This document shows, piece by piece, positions 42,203 to 51,419 of a stretch of 64,000 nucleotides of DNA (position 1 is the stretch's first letter; the number at the start of each line of letters is the position of its first letter). Below the pieces are notes generated by a model. The model made no database searches. It was not told the DNA's origin and saw only the letters and a list, made by a program, of their open reading frames with translations. This DNA is from Nitrospirota bacterium (GTDB lineage: Bacteria > Nitrospirota > JACRHJ01), in contig JAJYHX010000004.1 in NCBI GenBank assembly GCA_021784575.1, positions 778 through 64,777 on the forward strand, written 5' to 3'. A program made the position numbers and the translations under genes.

Positions 42203-42583
42203 ATGATGTGGCAGAGGATTTTACTGATTGCGGCTGCCGGGGTGACCGGGACATTATCGCGTTACTGGCTTTCCGGGTTTGTATACCAGGCCATGGGCAC
42301 GCGGTTCGCTTACGGCACTCTGGCCGTGAATGTAATAGGCTGTCTTCTGTTCGGCGTTGTCTGGGCGCTGGCCGAGGAAAGGATGGCGATTTCCTCGCTT
42401 GCCCGCACCGTCATCCTTGTCGGGTTCATGGGCGCCTTCACAACCTTTTCCACCTTCGCGTTCGAGACCATGAACTACGTCCGGGACAGCCAGTTTACGC
42501 TTGCCTTCCTTAATGTCGCCGCGAACTGTTTCCTGGGTTTCGGGGCGATTGTTTCAGGGGTATGGATTGCAAGAATAATTTAG
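42203..42583 (+). CDS. crcB: Fluoride channel Fluc
   Basis: GTLSRY, GTLAVNVIGC, GFMGAFTTFSTF. Confidence 0.95.
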   Translation: MMWQRILLIAAAGVTGTLSRYWLSGFVYQAMGTRFAYGTLAVNVIGCLLFGVVWALAEERMAISSLARTVILVGFMGAFTTFSTFAFETMNYVRDSQFTLAFLNVAANCFLGFGAIVSGVWIARII

Positions 42584-42593
42584 AGAGGATAAC

Positions 42594-42935
42594 GTGAAGC
42601 TTCCGGAAGAAGCTGAGCTCCTAAGGATATTTATCGGCGAGTCCGACAGGTATGAAGGCAGACCGCTCTACGAGGCGATAGTCGAGGAAGCTCGCCGGCA
42701 ATGCCTCGGCGGCGCAACGGTTTTCCGCGGGCTTCTTGGCTACGGCGCGCACAGCCGTATGCACACGGCCAAGCTGCTCCGGCTCTCGGAGGACCTGCCT
42801 ATAATAATCGAGATAGTGGATTCGACCGAGAAGATTCAGGGCTTCCTCCCGGACCTCGACCGCATGATGGAAGAAGGTCTCGTAACCGTCGAGCGGGCGA
42901 AGGTGCTGGTCTACAGGCATTCCAGGGAAAAATAA
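42594..42935 (+). CDS. DUF190 (PII-like) protein
   Basis: LRIFIGESD, GATVFRG..GYG, LS.DLP..IEIVD; commonly found next to crcB. Confidence 0.88.
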   Translation: MKLPEEAELLRIFIGESDRYEGRPLYEAIVEEARRQCLGGATVFRGLLGYGAHSRMHTAKLLRLSEDLPIIIEIVDSTEKIQGFLPDLDRMMEEGLVTVERAKVLVYRHSREK

Positions 42936-42946
42936 CCGAGGGTTAA

Positions 42947-43801
42947 ATGCTCCTTAAAATACTTGTGCTTGCGGCTGTGCAGGGCGCCGCGGAGCTTCTG
43001 CCCGTTTCAAGCTCCGCGCATGTCATCATTGCAGAGAAGCTGATGGGGCTTAAGCCCACAAGCCCGTCCATGACGCTGCTTCTCGTGATGCTCCATACGG
43101 GCACGATGTTCGCGGTGATTATTTATTTCTGGAAGTCCTGGAAGAGAAGCTTCTTCTCTTCCAGACAGAGATTCATCGAGGCGGCCAAGTATATAACAAT
43201 AGCCACTTTTTTCACCGGCGTGGTGGGCCTGGCGTTGAAGTATCTCATCGAAAAATACATGCTTCGGGGTATACCGCACGCCCAGATAGAGATGATTTTC
43301 GGCAACATGACGCTTATTTCCGTGTCCCTGGCCGCAGTGGGGGTTATGATAATCATTGCGGGTCTGGCGAAGAAAAAAACGGGGGAGATCAAAAAGCTGG
43401 GGATAAGCGAATCCTCGGTTATCGGGGCCGTGCAGGGACTTTGCCTTCCGTTTCGCGGGTTTTCCCGCTCGGGAGCGACAATATCCGCCGGTCTCCTTTT
43501 GAACATGGCGAAGGACAAGTCTGAGGAGTTCAGTTTCGCGCTTGCGGTAGTCCTTACACCGCCCGTTGTCATACGGGAGGTCTGGAGGCTTCTGAAGGCC
43601 CGGGAATTGACATCCCAGGCCGGGGTAAACTTCACGATTTTCTATCCGAGCCTGCTTGGAATGGTATTCAGTTTTATCTCAGGGCTCCTCGCGCTTGTCT
43701 GGCTTTCCAGCTGGCTCGAGAAGGGCAAATGGCAGGTCTTCGGCTACTACTGCATCTTTGCATCGGCGGTCGTCTTCACGCTGCACAGGATGGGGTATTA
43801 G
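42947..43801 (+). CDS. uppP: Undecaprenyl-diphosphate phosphatase (BacA family)
   Basis: QGAAELLPVSSSAH, HTGT, GFSRSGATI, FSF. Confidence 0.92.
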   Translation: MLLKILVLAAVQGAAELLPVSSSAHVIIAEKLMGLKPTSPSMTLLLVMLHTGTMFAVIIYFWKSWKRSFFSSRQRFIEAAKYITIATFFTGVVGLALKYLIEKYMLRGIPHAQIEMIFGNMTLISVSLAAVGVMIIIAGLAKKKTGEIKKLGISESSVIGAVQGLCLPFRGFSRSGATISAGLLLNMAKDKSEEFSFALAVVLTPPVVIREVWRLLKARELTSQAGVNFTIFYPSLLGMVFSFISGLLALVWLSSWLEKGKWQVFGYYCIFASAVVFTLHRMGY

Positions 43802-43879
43802 GGCGGTCTATACGTGCGGTTAAGTATCGCTGCCGCCGGGCGGGACACCGCGTATCAGGGCGGTTTTACACGGGCGCGG

Positions 43880-44020
43880 TCAAATATCGCCGCTCTCGGC
43901 CTCCGCAAAAGGCGGCCTTTCTTCCCGTATTGCTTCGCGTCTCCTGAAAATCAGATATACAGCCGCTCCCGCCGCCATGCCAGCCGCCAACCCCAGGCCG
44001 AGCCTCATGTATCGTTTCAT
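43880..44020 (-). CDS. 46-aa single-TM small protein
   Basis: GGAGG RBS, then MKRYMRLGLGLAAGMAAGAAVYLIFRRREAIREERPPFAEAESGDI*; below the ORF-track cutoff; follows galT. Confidence 0.6.
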   Translation of the reverse strand: MKRYMRLGLGLAAGMAAGAAVYLIFRRREAIREERPPFAEAESGDI

Positions 44021-44052
44021 GGTGCGCCTCCGGAACTTTTAACCCAAGTATA

Positions 44053-45048
44053 TCATACGATGCGGAAGTCTTTCATAAAGGCCGCCGTCTCTTCCGGGAT
44101 TGTCACGTTTATGAACATCCCGGAGCCGAGCTCGAAGCCCGCAACCTGCGTAAGCCTCGGTATTATCTGAAGATGCCAGAGGTAATAGGACTTGTGTTCG
44201 TCGTCCACGGGGGCGGTGTTTACAACGACATTATAATCCGGGTTGTCGAGGCTTAGGTACATCTTCATAAGGACTTCCTTCAGGACGCGGGCAAGGTCCG
44301 TTATCTCGGCCTCGGTTATATGCCCGAACGACGGCTTGTGTTCCTTTGGCATGATCCATGTCTCAAATGGATAGTGCGAAGCGAAGGGGTGTATGACCGT
44401 AAAGTGTTTTGTCGAGGCGACAATCCTCTTGCCGTCCTCAAGCTCCGCCTGTTGGATGTCGAAGTGAAGCGAGCGGCCCGTATTGTCGTAATACTGCGTC
44501 GCAACCTCGTATTTCCTTCTGATATACGGCGGCACGATTGGAGAGGCGACTATCTGCGTATGCGGGTGTTCAAGCGACGTGCCCGCCTCACTGCCGTAGT
44601 TCTTGAAGATTATTATTACCTTCACCTTGGGGTCTTTTCTGAACGCCGCATACCTGTCCCTGTACATCTTTATCAGGTTCTCGACGTGGCCGTCCGCCAT
44701 GAACGGGATAATCTCGTTATGAAGAGGCGTCTCGACGATTATCTCGTGTCTGCCGTAACCGTGCGTCTTCCTGAAGAACTTCCATTCGGTCCTCACCATG
44801 TCCCCTTCGGGCGTGAGGGCCGGGAACTTGTTCGGCACGGCGCGTATCTTCCAGGCGCCGTCTTCGCTAAAAACGGCTGTCGTCTCCGGGGTAAGACTCT
44901 CGTTCCCGATGCAGAAAGGGCACTTCGGGTCGTGCGCGGGGACTTTTACCTGCGCGGTCTTGCGCTTGAAGTCGTCTGGGCGCTTTGCCCGTTCTTTTGC
45001 AATGATTATCCAGTCGTAGGTGGTCGCGTCCTGTCTAAGCTCGGACAT
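44053..45048 (-). CDS. galT: Galactose-1-phosphate uridylyltransferase family (HIT) nucleotidyltransferase
   Basis: ERAKRP, CPFC.GNE, NKFPAL, SLEHPHTQ, AGFELGSG. Confidence 0.88.
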   Translation of the reverse strand: MSELRQDATTYDWIIIAKERAKRPDDFKRKTAQVKVPAHDPKCPFCIGNESLTPETTAVFSEDGAWKIRAVPNKFPALTPEGDMVRTEWKFFRKTHGYGRHEIIVETPLHNEIIPFMADGHVENLIKMYRDRYAAFRKDPKVKVIIIFKNYGSEAGTSLEHPHTQIVASPIVPPYIRRKYEVATQYYDNTGRSLHFDIQQAELEDGKRIVASTKHFTVIHPFASHYPFETWIMPKEHKPSFGHITEAEITDLARVLKEVLMKMYLSLDNPDYNVVVNTAPVDDEHKSYYLWHLQIIPRLTQVAGFELGSGMFINVTIPEETAAFMKDFRIV

Positions 45049-45122
45049 AAGCCGCCCTCCCGTGATTAGTGATATTTTCCAATACTACTACCCGGCAGCC
45101 GCAAAATCAACGGATAAAGCCC

Positions 45123-46586
45123 TCACTCTTTTTCCTTCCATATTATACCCTCCGGCATTTTATATTTTATCGTCGTGGAGCCGTTCCGCACTACGCCGGA
45201 GAACCACGAGTTGTCTTCCCAGAATATCCCTTCGGGCATCAGCACCCTCACGGCGGCAAGCCGCCCCTTGCCCTGAAGCTCAACCGGCCCGGAATCGCGC
45301 GCCTTCCGCCTCGCCGGGTCGTAGCCGTAGAGCTCGGTGTCGAAGGAAACCCATGCGGGGTTTTGCGATGCGTCGTATTCGAGCGTAATCCTGTATATCC
45401 CCGGCGCCGCATGTTTTACGAAGAAAGAAGCGGTTCGCCGGCCTTCCTTCAGGTCCGTCCCGCCGGAGGCCGGAGGGGCCGAGCCGGGGTTCGGCGGACA
45501 AGGCGTCCAACTGTTTAATATCCTGTATCTGACAAGACCCTTGAAATCAAATTGCACCGCTATGTCGGCAGGGTTGTATGAAACGGATATTTCGTCTTCG
45601 GCCGTGCGGCCCTGCGGGTCGCGCACGGACGCACGGATCTTGTTTATTCCTTCTTCAAGGGTCACCTGCGCCTTGAACTTTCCATTTCTCGTCGGCACCT
45701 CCAGCAGGGACTCGCCAACCAGGACGTTTACGGAGCTTATTCCCTTCCCGATAACGGCGCCCGAAACCTCTATCGTCTTCACCGCCGCAATCCCTCCCGA
45801 TGGATAAAGTATCTTTATCTCAGGCGAAATGTCCGGCTTTAGCGGCACGCCGATTCCGGCGCCATGAGCCTTCGAGAATATCGGTTCCGAGACCGTCGTC
45901 ACGTTACCCATCCCCGAAAAATTACCCTGAGTCGGGATATTCACCGGTTCGGCGGCCAGTTCTGCGGCCGGTTCGGGCGTCGGCTCAGTGACCGGTTCAG
46001 TGGCCGAAACATCCGGCAAGGCGGATTCTGCGGGCGGCCTTGCGGTGGAATATCCGGAAAACGGCGCAGCATTATCCGTGGACATCGGCTGGAAAACAGG
46101 GCCGTTCCCCTCGTCGGATACGGGTATTACCGGCCCTGCGGAAGCCAGAACGACTTCCTTTTGAGTGCCTTTTATGACTAAAACACCTTTGGGGGCGTTA
46201 TCGGAAACGGCGCCTTCTTCGCTGTTTTTTGAGACGGGTTTACCGGTTTCATGCGTGGTTTTTATCGCGGCTGCGGCCAGAGAATGACTGTGCGGCGCCT
46301 TATGCGCGGGTGTGACCTTGCGGGCGGCTTTCTTTCGGGGGGCCTTGATATTCCGGGGGACATTGTGTTCCTCTCGAACCGGGGCGGGCGGGCGCTCTTC
46401 GGGAAGGGTTATGAGATGCACAAAAGAGAGCGTCTCCCGCACGGGATTTCCATAGACCACCGATATTTGCGTAAGGGCGATTGCCGCGCATAAATGGAAC
46501 AGCAGGGAAAACAGCGCGAATGACCGCAATATCCCCGACTTCTTCTGTTTTACTGCTATGCGTTCGCGTCCGCGGCATTTCTTCAT
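45123..46586 (-). CDS. Hypothetical protein: TonB/TolA-like TM anchor, Pro/Lys-rich linker, Ig-like and unknown C-terminal domains
   Basis: FSLLFH (SxxxH) helix; TEP/AAE repeats; VTLEEGINKI Ig-like motif. Start placed just after the DUF192 stop. Confidence 0.55.
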   Translation of the reverse strand: MKKCRGRERIAVKQKKSGILRSFALFSLLFHLCAAIALTQISVVYGNPVRETLSFVHLITLPEERPPAPVREEHNVPRNIKAPRKKAARKVTPAHKAPHSHSLAAAAIKTTHETGKPVSKNSEEGAVSDNAPKGVLVIKGTQKEVVLASAGPVIPVSDEGNGPVFQPMSTDNAAPFSGYSTARPPAESALPDVSATEPVTEPTPEPAAELAAEPVNIPTQGNFSGMGNVTTVSEPIFSKAHGAGIGVPLKPDISPEIKILYPSGGIAAVKTIEVSGAVIGKGISSVNVLVGESLLEVPTRNGKFKAQVTLEEGINKIRASVRDPQGRTAEDEISVSYNPADIAVQFDFKGLVRYRILNSWTPCPPNPGSAPPASGGTDLKEGRRTASFFVKHAAPGIYRITLEYDASQNPAWVSFDTELYGYDPARRKARDSGPVELQGKGRLAAVRVLMPEGIFWEDNSWFSGVVRNGSTTIKYKMPEGIIWKEKE

Positions 46587-46587
46587 C

Positions 46588-46947
46588 TCACTCCGTGACG
46601 GGCAACAGAACAAGCTCATCCCCCGGCCGGGCCGAACGGTCTTCGGTCGTCCCCGCCGCGACCTCGATCACGCCTGCGGCCCGCGGATGCCATGCGGATA
46701 TGCGGAGGGGCTTCATGTTCCTCGTAATGGCGATTATCCTTCCCCGCCTGTCAAAGAATATGACGTCTATCGGAAAACGCATCCCCACCGTATGGACCGA
46801 ACTGCACGGCATTATGACAAGGCCCTCGCCTTCATTCAACCTTTCCCTGCCCAGGAGGCCCTTCATCCTCGGGAAGGCCTTACGCGCGACTTCCGCATAC
46901 GCCAGGACGGCATTGTTTGACCTGTTTATTATCCTGACCTTTTCCAA
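46588..46947 (-). CDS. DUF192 family protein
   Basis: RMKGLLGR, SVHTVGMRFPIDV.F.D, VIEVAAG. Confidence 0.88.
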   Translation of the reverse strand: MEKVRIINRSNNAVLAYAEVARKAFPRMKGLLGRERLNEGEGLVIMPCSSVHTVGMRFPIDVIFFDRRGRIIAITRNMKPLRISAWHPRAAGVIEVAAGTTEDRSARPGDELVLLPVTE

Positions 46948-46963
46948 CCTTAAGGCCGTCCCT

Positions 46964-47899
46964 TCATTTGACCACGTGTCCGAATATCGCGCTGTATATC
47001 CTTATCCCCGCCGGGCCGAGCAACACAACGAACATGGCCGGGAATATGCACGTCGCCAGAGGAAATATCAGCTTGATGGACGTCTTGGCGGCGGCCTCCT
47101 CGGCCATCTGGCGTCTCCTGGTCCTTAGGGAGTCCGAATGGACCCTGAGCGCCCTCGACAGGCTCGCCCCGAGCTTGTCCGTCTGGATGAGAAGCGCCGC
47201 CAGGGACCTTATGTCCTCGACGCCGGTCCTCTCGCCCATGTCCCTGAGCGCTTCCGCCCGAGGCTTGCCGGCCCTTGTCTCCTGGCTTACAATCAGGAAC
47301 TCCGATGCCAGGACATTCTTGGAGAACAGCTTGTCCTGGACTATCCTTATAATCGCGGCGTCCAGCCCCAGGCCCGCTTCCACGCAGACGGTCATGAGGT
47401 CCAGCACGTCCGGGAGCGAATGGAATATCGCCGTCTTCCTGTTCTTAAGCTTGTGCCTTAAAAAAACATTGGGGACCAGAAGGCCGACTATGAAACCGGC
47501 TATCCCTCCAAGCAAGGCCAACTTCATGCCGGTCACAGGGTAAAGCCCCAGGGTAACGACGGCGAACAGGCCCACGCTCAATATTATCTTGATACCGCCG
47601 AATACCGCGACCGCGCCGGGGGAGCGGTACCCGGCCTGCACAAGCATCCGCCCGTAATAGGTTTTGGCGCGGGGTGACATAGGCATTACGGCGCTTATCT
47701 CTCCCACCTTCTGCGACCAGCCCGATTCGGTCTCTTTTGAGAGGATCTCGGGACGCTCGGGCGCATCGGCGGATTTCAGCTCCCGCAGCCGTTCGCCGAT
47801 GTCGGTCTTACGTAAAGCAAGCGTCCTCAGTATTAAAAATGCGGCGAAACCGATTGCAATAAACACCGAAACGGATACCAGATAAATGCTGACAGGCAT
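46964..47899 (-). CDS. tadC: Tad pilus platform protein TadC
   Basis: LPDVLDL...VEAGLGL, AEEAAAK...KL.FPL...IFP. Confidence 0.92.
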   Translation of the reverse strand: MPVSIYLVSVSVFIAIGFAAFLILRTLALRKTDIGERLRELKSADAPERPEILSKETESGWSQKVGEISAVMPMSPRAKTYYGRMLVQAGYRSPGAVAVFGGIKIILSVGLFAVVTLGLYPVTGMKLALLGGIAGFIVGLLVPNVFLRHKLKNRKTAIFHSLPDVLDLMTVCVEAGLGLDAAIIRIVQDKLFSKNVLASEFLIVSQETRAGKPRAEALRDMGERTGVEDIRSLAALLIQTDKLGASLSRALRVHSDSLRTRRRQMAEEAAAKTSIKLIFPLATCIFPAMFVVLLGPAGIRIYSAIFGHVVK

Positions 47900-47908
47900 T
47901 GCCGCCTC

Positions 47909-48880
47909 CTATACCTTTATGGCTATTATCCGTTTAATGATGAAAAAGCCTATCACCTGCAACGACAGCGCGGCTATTGCCATATAAAGACCCGTGTGCG
48001 TCTTTACAAGCGGCCTCAGATAAGCGGGGTTTATAAACATAAGCGCAAGGACGAGGAAAACGGGCAGGGCGGCAAGGATGTATCCCGACATCCTGCCCTG
48101 GGCGGTATATACCCTGAGCTGCCGGTATACCTTCAGGCGCTCCCTTATGGTAACGCCCAGCTTCTCCAGCAGCTCCGCCAGGTTTCCGCCCGCATCCTTC
48201 TGTATGTTCACCGAGGTCACGAAGAATTCCAGGTCCATGCTCGGCATCTGGGTTGTCATGTTGTCGAGCGCATCCGACAGAGGGAGCCCGAAGTTCTGCT
48301 CGTCGTATGCCGTCTTGAATAGCTTCGCAACCGGCTCGGGAGATTCCTGGGAGACTATCTGCATCGCGCTCACAAACGAATGCCCGGCCCTGAGAGACAA
48401 GGCCATCATATCCAGCGTATCCGGAAACAGCTCCGTGAATTTTCTGAGGCGCTTCTGCACCATGTTAAGCAGGAAGACATACGGTATGAACGCCAGCACA
48501 AGCCCTATCATAACACCGACGAGTAACCCCCGGTGGATAATCACGCATCCCAGAACCCCGACACAAAAAAGCAGGGCCGTTAGCAGAACCAGCGTCCCCA
48601 CGCTGAGTTTCGTATCCGAATGACTTATCAGTTTCTGCATCCTGCGCGCCGGACTGAACCGGTAAAGCATTTTGTTTAAAAAAGGCACTTCGCTTAAGAT
48701 CTGGGACTTCAATATCAATGACGTGTCCCGGGCGGCGGCATCTCCCTTCGCTATCGACTGAAGCCTGCGCCGCACCTCGCTTTTGACAGATCCCCTGGTT
48801 AACGCGATTCCATAGTATATGCCCAGAATTGCGAGGAACGTCGCCGCAAAGACGACTGTCATTATAATGAGGATGTGCAT
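47909..48880 (-). CDS. tadB: Tad pilus platform protein TadB
   Basis: FPDTLD...SLRAGHS, GGNLAE.L, TAQGRMS...L..LP. Confidence 0.92.
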   Translation of the reverse strand: MHILIIMTVVFAATFLAILGIYYGIALTRGSVKSEVRRRLQSIAKGDAAARDTSLILKSQILSEVPFLNKMLYRFSPARRMQKLISHSDTKLSVGTLVLLTALLFCVGVLGCVIIHRGLLVGVMIGLVLAFIPYVFLLNMVQKRLRKFTELFPDTLDMMALSLRAGHSFVSAMQIVSQESPEPVAKLFKTAYDEQNFGLPLSDALDNMTTQMPSMDLEFFVTSVNIQKDAGGNLAELLEKLGVTIRERLKVYRQLRVYTAQGRMSGYILAALPVFLVLALMFINPAYLRPLVKTHTGLYMAIAALSLQVIGFFIIKRIIAIKV

Positions 48881-48883
48881 AGC

Positions 48884-50254
48884 TTACGCCCTCCTTGTTT
48901 CCTCAAATATATTTACGGGAAGGTCTATCCCGGCAAGGCGGAGTTTCTCGGCGAATCTGGGCCGCACCCCGGTTGCCTTGTACTCGCCTATTACATCTCC
49001 GTCCTGGTTTATGCCTTTCTTTTCAAACAGGAAGATGTCCTGCATCACTACAACGTTGCCCTCCATGCCGGTGACCTCGGAAACCTTTATTATCTTTCTC
49101 GTGCCGTCCGAAAGGCGGGCCAGCTGCACGATGATGTTAATGGCCGAGGCTATCTGTTCCTTTATGGCCCTGTCCGGGAGGTCCATGCCGGCCATCATTA
49201 CCATTGTCTCAAGCCTGGAGAGGGCATCCCTCGTGGAATTGGCGTGGATGGTCGAGACGGAGCCGTCGTGCCCGGTGTTCATGGCCTGCAACATGTCCAG
49301 GGATTCGCCGCCTCTCACCTCGCCCAATATTATTCTGTCGGGCCGCATCCGGAGCGCGTTCCTGACAAGGTCCCTCTGCGTTATCTGGCCTGCGCCTTCG
49401 ATATTCGGCGGGCGTGTCTCCAGGCGCACAACATGTTCCTGCTTGAGCTGCAACTCAGCCGAATCCTCGATCGTCACTATGCGCTCGTCACCGGGCACGT
49501 ACTCAGAAATAATGTTTAACAGGGTGGTTTTGCCGCTCCCCGTCCCGCCTGAGATGAGCATGTTCAGACGGGCCTTTACCGCGCCCTTCAGAACCTCGGC
49601 CATGCTTTCGGTCAGCGAGCCGTTGGCCAGGATATTTTTCATCCTGAGCGGGTCCGCGCCGAACCGTCTTATCGAGAGCGCCGGGCCGTCTATCGCAAGC
49701 GGCGGTATAATCGCGTTTACACGTGAGCCGTCCGGGAGGCGCGCATCCACCATAGGACAGGACTCGTCTATCCTTCTGCCCACCTTCGAGACTATGCGGT
49801 CGATTATCTGCATGAGGTGCGCGTCGTCCCGGAAGGCGACGTCCACCTTGTGCAGCCTTCCGGATTTCTCCACGTATATGTTCCGCGAGTTGTTTACAAG
49901 TATATCCGATATGTCCGGGTCGGTCATCAGGGGCTCCAGGGGGCCGAGGCCGAACGTCTCGTGCTGGATGTCTACAATCAGGCGCTCCCTTTCTATCTGG
50001 TTCAGCGGGACGTTTTCACCGCTTATCATGTCCGTGAGGATGAGCGCTATCTCGTTTCTAAGCTGGCTTTTTTCTATGTTTTCGAGGTTGCCGAGGTCAA
50101 GCTTTTCTATAAGCCGCCTGTGTATCCTGGACTTGAGCTCCTGATAGTGGTCTTTCCGGCTTTCGATTTCCACGTCGGGCAGGGTCGTTTTCGGCGGGTC
50201 CTGCTTCTTCGCATCGCCCGGCTTTAAATTCAACAATCTCTCTTTTAAGCTCAT
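48884..50254 (-). CDS. tadA: Tad pilus assembly ATPase CpaF/TadA
   Basis: [44 protein letters not shown]. Confidence 0.96.
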   Translation of the reverse strand: MSLKERLLNLKPGDAKKQDPPKTTLPDVEIESRKDHYQELKSRIHRRLIEKLDLGNLENIEKSQLRNEIALILTDMISGENVPLNQIERERLIVDIQHETFGLGPLEPLMTDPDISDILVNNSRNIYVEKSGRLHKVDVAFRDDAHLMQIIDRIVSKVGRRIDESCPMVDARLPDGSRVNAIIPPLAIDGPALSIRRFGADPLRMKNILANGSLTESMAEVLKGAVKARLNMLISGGTGSGKTTLLNIISEYVPGDERIVTIEDSAELQLKQEHVVRLETRPPNIEGAGQITQRDLVRNALRMRPDRIILGEVRGGESLDMLQAMNTGHDGSVSTIHANSTRDALSRLETMVMMAGMDLPDRAIKEQIASAINIIVQLARLSDGTRKIIKVSEVTGMEGNVVVMQDIFLFEKKGINQDGDVIGEYKATGVRPRFAEKLRLAGIDLPVNIFEETRRA

Positions 50255-51399
50255 TTCGGCCTCCCGGCAAAATAATGCTCCACTTTGGCCGCGAAATCTC
50301 TGTATGATTTGCTGATCTCAGAGTTTGGGAACAGGACCGGCAGCGGCTGCCCTCTGTTAATGGATGTTATTACGGAGTTGAAATCGTTGGGTATGTCCCA
50401 GAAACAATCGTAACCGAGTGTCTTTTCAGCGTCTTTTATGCTTATGTCTCCTCTTTTCAGATACCTGTTGACAACAAGCTTCACCTTGCCTCCCATGTCG
50501 AGCCTGCTGAACACGGTGAGCGATTTCTGGAGGCTCTTGATTGAGGGCAGGCTCATGACCCCGACTGCGACTATCAAATCGGACACGTCGAAGGCCGCGA
50601 GGTTCATTTCGTTGAACGAGCCTGCGGAGTCCACGACTACATAGCTGAACATCTTCTTCAGGAGGTTTATCACGGCCCTTGCGTCGTTGGGAGTTACGCT
50701 TATCGCTTCCTCGATTGTTTTCGGCTCTCCGAGCAGATAAATCCCCGATGCGTGTTTTGCGAGGACTCCCCTCAGGAAGACGGCGTCGAGCCTGGAGATG
50801 TTGGCCGTAACGTCCGAAATCGTATATTTCGGTTTCAGGTTCAGGAATATGCCCGCGTCCCCGCCTTCGAGGTCGAGGTCTACCAGGACCACCTGCTTGT
50901 TGGTTGCCAGGTGAAGGCTTACGGCAAGGTTGGTGGCTATGGAGGTATTCCCGGTTCCTCCCTTTGGAGAGAAACAGAGTATGGCCTTGCCGTGCGCGTT
51001 TGCTTCGCCGCCGGAGGGAGACGAGGCGAGCGACCCGATTTTCTTTAACGAATTGAAAATATCCCTCGGCTTTATCGGCCTCGGCAGAAAATCGCTCGCG
51101 CCGGAGCGCATGGCCCTAAGGATTATATCGGATGAGCTGTCCCGGGAAATGGCGAATATGGACAGCCCGGGGACCGCCTCCAGCATTTTCTCCATTACCT
51201 GAAATGCCTGCGGCAGGTCAATATCCAGGTCTATCAGCACAAGCGTCGGTTTCAGCTTGAGGATGCCTTCATACCCGGAAGAGTAGTTTTTCGCCGTTCC
51301 GGCCACCGTCATGCCAGCAAACTGGCTCAATATCTCCGTCGTCGCGCTTCTCGAATCCTCGTCTCCGTCTATGATAAATGCTGTTACGCGTTCGGTCAT
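50251..51399 (-). CDS. cpaE: CpaE/TadZ receiver + MinD-like protein
   Basis: N-terminal receiver-like domain; deviant Walker A KGGTGNT; VDLDL; IPND. Confidence 0.88.
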   Translation of the reverse strand: MTERVTAFIIDGDEDSRSATTEILSQFAGMTVAGTAKNYSSGYEGILKLKPTLVLIDLDIDLPQAFQVMEKMLEAVPGLSIFAISRDSSSDIILRAMRSGASDFLPRPIKPRDIFNSLKKIGSLASSPSGGEANAHGKAILCFSPKGGTGNTSIATNLAVSLHLATNKQVVLVDLDLEGGDAGIFLNLKPKYTISDVTANISRLDAVFLRGVLAKHASGIYLLGEPKTIEEAISVTPNDARAVINLLKKMFSYVVVDSAGSFNEMNLAAFDVSDLIVAVGVMSLPSIKSLQKSLTVFSRLDMGGKVKLVVNRYLKRGDISIKDAEKTLGYDCFWDIPNDFNSVITSINRGQPLPVLFPNSEISKSYRDFAAKVEHYFAGRPK

Positions 51400-51419
51400 T
51401 TTTGTTCTTTCCCATGAGA

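Noticed and set aside
50900-50975. Broken Walker A in CpaE (KGGTGNT)
   Set aside because: Deviant P-loops are normal for TadZ/CpaE.
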